From an uncultured Bacteroidota bacterium (GTDB taxonomy: Bacteria > Bacteroidota > Bacteroidia > Chitinophagales > Chitinophagaceae), in NCBI GenBank assembly GCA_963718975.1, contig CAVRBD010000007.1, positions 5,722 to 69,721 on the forward strand: DNA of 64,000 bases, given 5' to 3'. This document shows, piece by piece, positions 58,623 to 64,000 of this stretch (position 1 is its first letter; the number at the start of each line of letters is the position of its first letter). A program made the position numbers and the translations under genes. A model generated the notes under the pieces. The model did no database searches. It saw only the letters and a program-made list of their open reading frames with translations, and was not told the origin of the DNA.

Positions 58623-59870
58623 ATGACAGGTGAACAATTGAAACAAGACCCCCTTGCCGCAGTAAGAATCAATGAATTTCGAAATCTTGTTGCAGGAAGA
58701 TTTTTATTCATCATGGGCTTAAGGATGATGAGCACATTAGTTGGTTGGTGGGTTTACAACTTAACGAATGCACCCATTGCAATTGGCATAGTTGGTTTGT
58801 CAGAATTTGTTCCCGCAGTTTCATTTGCATTATACGCAGGTCATGTGATTGATTTGAGCGAAAAAAGAAAATTATTAATACGCGGCGTGTTCTTATATTT
58901 TTTTGCCGCTTCTGTTTTGCTTTTTTTGTCAACATCGTTTACAGCGTCGCATATTAAAAATCATCAGATTGCAATTTGCATTTATGTAGTGATATTTTGC
59001 ACAGGTATTGTCCGTTCATTTACCGGCCCGGTGTTCAATGTGGTGCTTGCGCAGATTGTGCCGAAAAGCACATTGCAAAACGCCACCACATGGAATCAGG
59101 GTGCATGGCTTTCTGCATCAGTAAGTGGACACGCTGTAGGTGGTTTATTAATCGCAGGACTTGGCAACACAGGAACATTAATCATTATTGTATTGCTTAT
59201 CCTTTCTGCTTTTTTGATTTTGCTTCAGCTTAAACCAAAGCCGGCATTGAATGAACGTGGAGAAAAGAGAACATGGGACAGTGTGAAAGAAGGCCTCAGA
59301 TTTGTTTTTAAGACAAAAGAATTATTAGGCGCCATTTCTCTTGATTTATTTGCCGTATTATTCGGCGGCGCCGTTGCAATGGTCCCCGTTTATGCAAGAG
59401 ATATTTTAAAAGTTGGCCCGCAAGGTTTTGGTTTTTTAAATGGCGCTTCAGATTTAGGTTCTATTATTATTATAATTATACTAACGTTCTTCCCTATCCG
59501 TAAACAGCAAGGGCGCAAATTATTTTATGCAGTTGCCGGTTTTGGCATTTGCATCATTGTTTTCGGGCTATCGAAAATATTCTTCATTTCGTTTGCAGCG
59601 CTTATGCTCAGCGGAATATTAGACGGCATCAGTGTTGTTACGCGAGGGACTATTATGCAATTAAAAACTCCGGATAATATGCGCGGAAGAGTGATGAGCG
59701 TGAATTCAATGTTCATCAATTCAAGTAATGAGCTTGGCCAGTTTGAAAGCGGTGTTGCTGCAAAATTATTAGGCGTTGTTCCTTCAGTTGTGTTTGGTGG
59801 CTGCATGACATTGCTTGTTGTTGGTATCACATGGTTTAGAGCGCCGAGTTTGAGAAAAATGGAATATTGA
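58623..59870 (+). CDS. MFS transporter (EntS/DHA3-like)
   Basis: Hydrophobic helices; LDLFAVLFGG...P.YA.DIL, PDNMRGRV. Confidence 0.88.
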   Translation: MTGEQLKQDPLAAVRINEFRNLVAGRFLFIMGLRMMSTLVGWWVYNLTNAPIAIGIVGLSEFVPAVSFALYAGHVIDLSEKRKLLIRGVFLYFFAASVLLFLSTSFTASHIKNHQIAICIYVVIFCTGIVRSFTGPVFNVVLAQIVPKSTLQNATTWNQGAWLSASVSGHAVGGLLIAGLGNTGTLIIIVLLILSAFLILLQLKPKPALNERGEKRTWDSVKEGLRFVFKTKELLGAISLDLFAVLFGGAVAMVPVYARDILKVGPQGFGFLNGASDLGSIIIIIILTFFPIRKQQGRKLFYAVAGFGICIIVFGLSKIFFISFAALMLSGILDGISVVTRGTIMQLKTPDNMRGRVMSVNSMFINSSNELGQFESGVAAKLLGVVPSVVFGGCMTLLVVGITWFRAPSLRKMEY

Positions 59871-59988
59871 TCGAAAGTCAGGAAGATAGAAAGCCAGTAA
59901 AGTCCGAAAGAAATTTCCTGACATCTAAAGTTATTATGCTGTCTGAAATTCTTTTCTTCCGTCTTTCAGACTTTCCGACTTTCGGAGT
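59871..59988. repeat. aagtcgga octamer inverted repeat
   Basis: gaaagtcagg aagataga aagccagt aaagtccg ... ctttcaga ctttccga ctttcgga. Confidence 0.75.
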
Positions 59989-60023
59989 ATAATCGTAACT
60001 TCCCTTCACAAAAACATTCTATT

Positions 60024-60923
60024 ATGCAACGCAGGATTTTTCTTCGCAATGCTTCGCTTACACTCGGAGCTTTATCATTATCAAATAAAAATCTTTTCGC
60101 AAATTTCTTTCAGCAAGATCCATGGAAAATGAAAATGCTCCGTAATAATGTTGGCATTTTCACAGAAAAAGGTGGAACGATTGCATATCTTCTTTCAAAA
60201 AAAGGAATTGCAGTTGTTGATGCTGAATTTCCTGAGCAAGCACAACACTTGATTGATGAACTTAAAAAGCAAAGCAATAAACCTTTTGAAATGCTTATCA
60301 ACACGCATCATCATATGGATCATACGTCAGGAAACATTGCTTTCAAAGGCTTGGTGCAACATGTAGCTGCACATGAAAATTCTCTTACAAATCAAAGGCG
60401 CGTAGCTGTTGAACAAAAAACGGAAGACAAACAATTGTATCCTGATATCACTTATGTTGATTCGCGAACTTTTGAAGTAGGAAAAGAAAAAATCAAAACA
60501 TATTATTTCGGTGCCGGCCACACCAACGGCGATAGCATCGTTCATTTTCAGCATGCTAATATTGCTCATATGGGCGATCTTGTTTTCAATCGCCGCTGGG
60601 CTTTTATTGACAGAAGCGCTGGCGCAAATATTAAAAGCTGGATAAGTTATCTCGATAAAACTTTGACAACTTTTGATAATGATACCATTTTTATTTTCGG
60701 CCACGCTTTTGATCCGGAAAAAGTAACAGGCAATAAAAAAGATTTGAAAGCCATGCAAAATTATCTTGCCAAACTTTTAGATTTTGTCGGCAAAGAAATT
60801 AAAGATGGAAAAACAAAAGAAGAAATTATAAAAGAGAAATCAATTCCCGGAGTTACGGAATGGCAGGGAGATGGCATTGAGCGCGGATTGCAGGCCGCTT
60901 ATGAAGAACTGACTACCGCATAA
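60024..60923 (+). CDS. MBL-fold metallohydrolase with a twin-arginine-like signal
   Basis: MQRRIFL; THHHMDH, GHTNGD, GDL, FGH. Confidence 0.85.
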   Translation: MQRRIFLRNASLTLGALSLSNKNLFANFFQQDPWKMKMLRNNVGIFTEKGGTIAYLLSKKGIAVVDAEFPEQAQHLIDELKKQSNKPFEMLINTHHHMDHTSGNIAFKGLVQHVAAHENSLTNQRRVAVEQKTEDKQLYPDITYVDSRTFEVGKEKIKTYYFGAGHTNGDSIVHFQHANIAHMGDLVFNRRWAFIDRSAGANIKSWISYLDKTLTTFDNDTIFIFGHAFDPEKVTGNKKDLKAMQNYLAKLLDFVGKEIKDGKTKEEIIKEKSIPGVTEWQGDGIERGLQAAYEELTTA

Positions 60924-60932
60924 ATGAACCGC

Positions 60933-60983
60933 CTTAGTCATATGAGTGCACATCAGTTACTTATATGTTCTCATACGTCTAAG
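60933..60983. repeat. Imperfect hairpin between convergent genes
   Basis: cttagtcatatgag ... ctcatacgtctaag. Confidence 0.45.
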
Positions 60984-61037
60984 ATGATAAAATAATTTGT
61001 TTTGCACTTGCCATTCTTAAAACTGAAGATGTTTTTT

Positions 61038-61102
61038 GTACAACTGATGAACGGAGCGTCGCAACGATGATGCCATGAAAACCGATGCTGGTATCACAAA
61101 AA
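61038..61102 (+). repeat. Dispersed ~60-nt repeat, degenerate copy 4
   Basis: gtacaa...ggagcgtcgcaacgatg...ctggtatcacaaaaaa. Confidence 0.5.
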
Positions 61103-61103
61103 A

Positions 61104-61607
61104 TTATTTGTAAGACATCGCGCCAAGCCCAAGATATTTTCTAATGATACTCATTTGCCCGATATGATAACTTTCATGGCTCGTTAAAAAACCAAAAAAT
61201 CCGAGCATGGCTTTATCGCCAATCGGCGTGCCGAACGGCATCTCTGCAGAAAGCTGCGCATCGTTCAATTTTGAAATGCCTTCAACGAACGCAGCTGAAT
61301 ATGAATTCCAACATTTCAAAATTTCACTCATTGAAGGATATTTTATATTCTCACTTATGGCTCTGTTGCCTGGCGGTGGCGCAGTTGGATCCATATACAA
61401 TTCCTTATATGGAAAAACATCGCTGAGGCCAATCATCGGCGCATAATTGTAACGCGCATTGGTAAGATGGCCCGCAATCCATTGCAGGTGGTTCACCTCT
61501 TCGCTCATGCGTTTTCCACCCTGAGATTCTTCAACGCCTTCTAGCACATTATTAAAAAGGCGCGTGTGCAATGCAAACTGTTTGGCAATAATTTGAATGG
61601 ATGACAT
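61104..61607 (-). CDS. DinB family protein
   Basis: NHLQWIAGHL...SHESYHIGQ. Confidence 0.85.
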   Translation of the reverse strand: MSSIQIIAKQFALHTRLFNNVLEGVEESQGGKRMSEEVNHLQWIAGHLTNARYNYAPMIGLSDVFPYKELYMDPTAPPPGNRAISENIKYPSMSEILKCWNSYSAAFVEGISKLNDAQLSAEMPFGTPIGDKAMLGFFGFLTSHESYHIGQMSIIRKYLGLGAMSYK

Positions 61608-61665
61608 GATGAAGATTTATGATGATGAATAATTCGGATGGCTTGATGTTTAATGATATTCGATT

Positions 61666-61765
61666 AGTGAATGGCCAATGGTGAATAGTGAATTGCTCCC
61701 GGAGTTTTCGGTTTCGCATTACCGTTAGCAAGAACTCTTAATTATTAATTATTAATTACTAATTC
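61666..61765. repeat. Heptamer arrays between dinB and yciI
   Basis: agtgaat ggccaat ggtgaat agtgaat ... taattat taattat taattac. Confidence 0.55.
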
Positions 61766-61769
61766 TCCA

Positions 61770-62114
61770 TTACATTGCCGGCATCGGCGCCATTTCTCTT
61801 ACTTCAATATTCCCTTCATTTGAAATATGCGGACAATCTTTCGCAAGCTCTGCGGCTTTCTCCAAACTATCTGCTTTAATAATTAAATAGCCACCAACAA
61901 TTCCTTCTGTTGCCGAGGTAACGGCATCTGATGTAGTTCCTTTTTGAGAAACCGTTTTGCCTCCACCGACGAGTGGCAAGCCACCTACAAAACTTCCGCT
62001 TTGGGCCAACTTGCCCATATATGCGCCCCAGGCTTGCATTTCAGCTTTATTTTCTGTTTCGGTTTTTTTATCGACTGGGATGCCGCCTCTCAATAATAAT
62101 AAATACTCTTTCAT
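61770..62114 (-). CDS. YciI / YCII-related (DGPF-like) protein
   Basis: YLLLLRG, GG.L, EGIVGGYLII.A, A...P, IEVRE. Confidence 0.82.
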   Translation of the reverse strand: MKEYLLLLRGGIPVDKKTETENKAEMQAWGAYMGKLAQSGSFVGGLPLVGGGKTVSQKGTTSDAVTSATEGIVGGYLIIKADSLEKAAELAKDCPHISNEGNIEVREMAPMPAM

Positions 62115-62274
62115 GGTAATAAATTTTTATGGTGAACAATCAGCACAAATGTAGATTCATAATAAATGACATAGGGTGTGTCGATACGCCAATCTGAGGG
62201 GCTGTTTGCGCCAGTTAAAAGAATTACATTTGTAAAGAACATAAAACAGATTGCGTTACCATGTATTAAACTGA

Positions 62275-63306
62275 ATGAATATGAAAAGTAAAATCGCAGG
62301 CAAAAAAATAAAGACGAGGATCAGCACGAAACATATTTCAATCTTTGTTCCCTCGGGAAATTGCATTCTCAGTAGTATAATTGGTTCATACAAAATTTTG
62401 AATGAAGTAAACAGAATTTCGCATCAGCAAAATCCAGATCAGCCTTTACCTTTTACTATTCAGTTAGTAGGAATAAATAATGAAACGAATTTGTACGATG
62501 GCGCTTTCAATATAAAGCCGCACACAACAATTGATAGAATTAGCAAAAGCGACCTCGTGATTGTGCCTGCCATTTTCGGAGACTTTGCTGCTGAAGTGAA
62601 AAATAATGAAGCCGTGATTCCATGGATAATCAAACACTATAAACAAGGCGCGGAAATTGCGAGCCTTTGTACCGGTGCGTTTTTAGTGGCCGCAACAGGT
62701 TTGTTGAAAGGCAAAAAATGCGCAACACATTGGATGGCGTTCGATGCATTCAGGGCATTGTATCCCGATGTTGAGCCGTTGAAATCTGTGGTGCATGAAG
62801 AAGATGGAATTTGCTCCAGCGGCGGCGCTTATTCATTTTTAAATTTGATTCTGCATTTGGTTGAAAAATATGTGAGCAGGGAAATGGCCATTCAATGTTC
62901 GAAAATATTTGAGATAGAAATTGACCGTTACAGCCAGGCTTCATTTGCTATTTTTAACGGATGCAAAATGCACGCGGATGAAGCCGTGATTCATGCGCAG
63001 GAATTCATTGAAAAAAATTATGCAGAAAAAATCACTGTTGATGAATTGGCAAATCATTGTTCATTAAGCAGAAGAAATTTTGAAAGAAGATTTAAAAAAG
63101 CAACAAATTATTCTCCTGCAGAATATATCCAGTATTTAAAAATTGAAGCGGCAAGAAAGCAACTCGAAAGTTCCCGTTACCACATCAACGAAGTAATGTA
63201 TGCCGTAGGATATAATGACAACAAGGCTTTCAGGACAACTTTCAAAAAAATCACAGGCCTCTCTCCCCTTGAATATCGAAATCGGTTTCAGGCTTATGGA
63301 GTTTAG
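62275..63306 (+). CDS. GlxA-family regulator (DJ-1/PfpI + AraC HTH)
   Basis: SLCTGAF, SRRNFERRFK, VGYND..AFR..FKK.TG.SP..YR. Confidence 0.92.
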   Translation: MNMKSKIAGKKIKTRISTKHISIFVPSGNCILSSIIGSYKILNEVNRISHQQNPDQPLPFTIQLVGINNETNLYDGAFNIKPHTTIDRISKSDLVIVPAIFGDFAAEVKNNEAVIPWIIKHYKQGAEIASLCTGAFLVAATGLLKGKKCATHWMAFDAFRALYPDVEPLKSVVHEEDGICSSGGAYSFLNLILHLVEKYVSREMAIQCSKIFEIEIDRYSQASFAIFNGCKMHADEAVIHAQEFIEKNYAEKITVDELANHCSLSRRNFERRFKKATNYSPAEYIQYLKIEAARKQLESSRYHINEVMYAVGYNDNKAFRTTFKKITGLSPLEYRNRFQAYGV

Positions 63307-63513
63307 AAGTCGGAAAGACGGTAAGTCAGCAAGACCGAAAGAAGAGAATCTATTGCTAAAATGATTTTTAATAGTCCTAATAGCAAGTTTTCAAATGGAT
63401 TACTTGGTAAAATAAATAAGGCCGAAAAATAGATTTCTGAATGCGAGTTTTCGGGCATATTGACTTTAATACAATCTTTCTTTCCGACTTCGGTCTTTAC
63501 TGACTTTCCAACT
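63307..63513. repeat. aagtcgga octamer inverted repeat with a long spacer
   Basis: aagtcgga aagacggt aagtcagc aagaccga ... tttccgactt cggtcttt actgactt. Confidence 0.75.
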
Positions 63514-63518
63514 CCTAT

Positions 63519-64000
63519 CTATTCAGCCCAGCTCATAGTGTAATCAGCATTTTCAATTTTCAGCGCATCTTCAGTCAGCATTAACGGATGAAAAGTATCT
63601 ACCATTACGGCAAGTTCTTTTGTTTCTTTCGCGCCAATGCTTTTTTGCACGGCTCCCGGATGCGGCCCATGTGGAATTCCGCCCGGATGTAAAGTGATCA
63701 TTCCTCTTGTTACATTTTTGCGGCTCATGAAATCACCATCAACATAATAAATCAATTCATCACTGTCGATGTTGCTGTGATTATACGGAGCAGGAATGGC
63801 GAGCGGATGATAATCAAATAATCGCGGACAGAAAGAACAAACCACATAATTATTTCCTTCAAATGTTTGATGAACCGGTGGTGGCTGGTGAACACGACCG
63901 GTTATCGGTTCAAAATCATGAATGGAAAATGCAAATGGATAACAGCAGCCATCCCATCCAACAATATCAAAAGGATGATGGCCATAATGAATGCCGAAAA
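63519..64000 (-). CDS. hmgA: Homogentisate 1,2-dioxygenase, 3' part (runs off the window)
   Basis: HHPFDIVGWDG, HQPPPVH, PYNHSNIDSDE, HPGGIPHGPHP. Confidence 0.88.
   Translation of the reverse strand, partial: FGIHYGHHPFDIVGWDGCCYPFAFSIHDFEPITGRVHQPPPVHQTFEGNNYVVCSFCPRLFDYHPLAIPAPYNHSNIDSDELIYYVDGDFMSRKNVTRGMITLHPGGIPHGPHPGAVQKSIGAKETKELAVMVDTFHPLMLTEDALKIENADYTMSWAE

Noticed and set aside
60024-60923. Metallo-beta-lactamase resistance gene
   Set aside because: The HxHxDH motif only marks the broad MBL fold; I see no features specific to B1-B3 lactamases
1394-63000. The many 60-150-aa ORFs overlapping or antisense to larger genes
   Set aside because: Shadow frames of well-supported CDSs, with no motifs or independent signals
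1-64000. tRNA, rRNA, riboswitch, prophage or IS transposase
   Set aside because: No cloverleaf, rRNA-like tract, recognisable aptamer, phage gene or DDE/HUH transposase was seen by eye; tRNAscan-SE and Infernal/Rfam would be decisive

Overview
AT-rich chromosomal segment of a Bacteroidota bacterium, probably Chitinophagaceae-like (inferred from the DUF4296-porD-coaBC-rpoZ-bamD operon, TAnnTTTG -7 promoter boxes, a T9SS type-B CTD protein and mqnA). It is mostly housekeeping and metabolism: scoAB, ompA, ispB-like, recJ, htpG, lipB, rluD, purB, prfC, sppA, folK, a deoxynucleoside kinase, partial hmgA, a CDP-deoxysugar cluster and tandem GH13 and MacB-like paralogs. I found no rRNA, tRNA, CRISPR array, prophage or classical transposase. 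About 10 reading-frame breaks lie mostly in short base runs, including one in the normally essential coaBC, so they are probably long-read assembly errors. The most interesting signals are: (1) a ~480-bp GxxExxY nuclease cassette bounded by 36-bp inverted repeats and inserted between folK and the deoxynucleoside kinase, with gene-less relatives elsewhere in the window; (2) an ECF sigma / anti-sigma-protease fusion / tiny sequon-rich lipoprotein module with two identical divergent GGGTTAC-N13-CGGTATTAA boxes; (3) an unannotated 22-aa Trp-rich peptide ORF in front of a 7TM-HK-RR-7TM locus; (4) several intergenic short-repeat families, one of which appears to have entered a coding sequence. All alignments and counts were done by eye.
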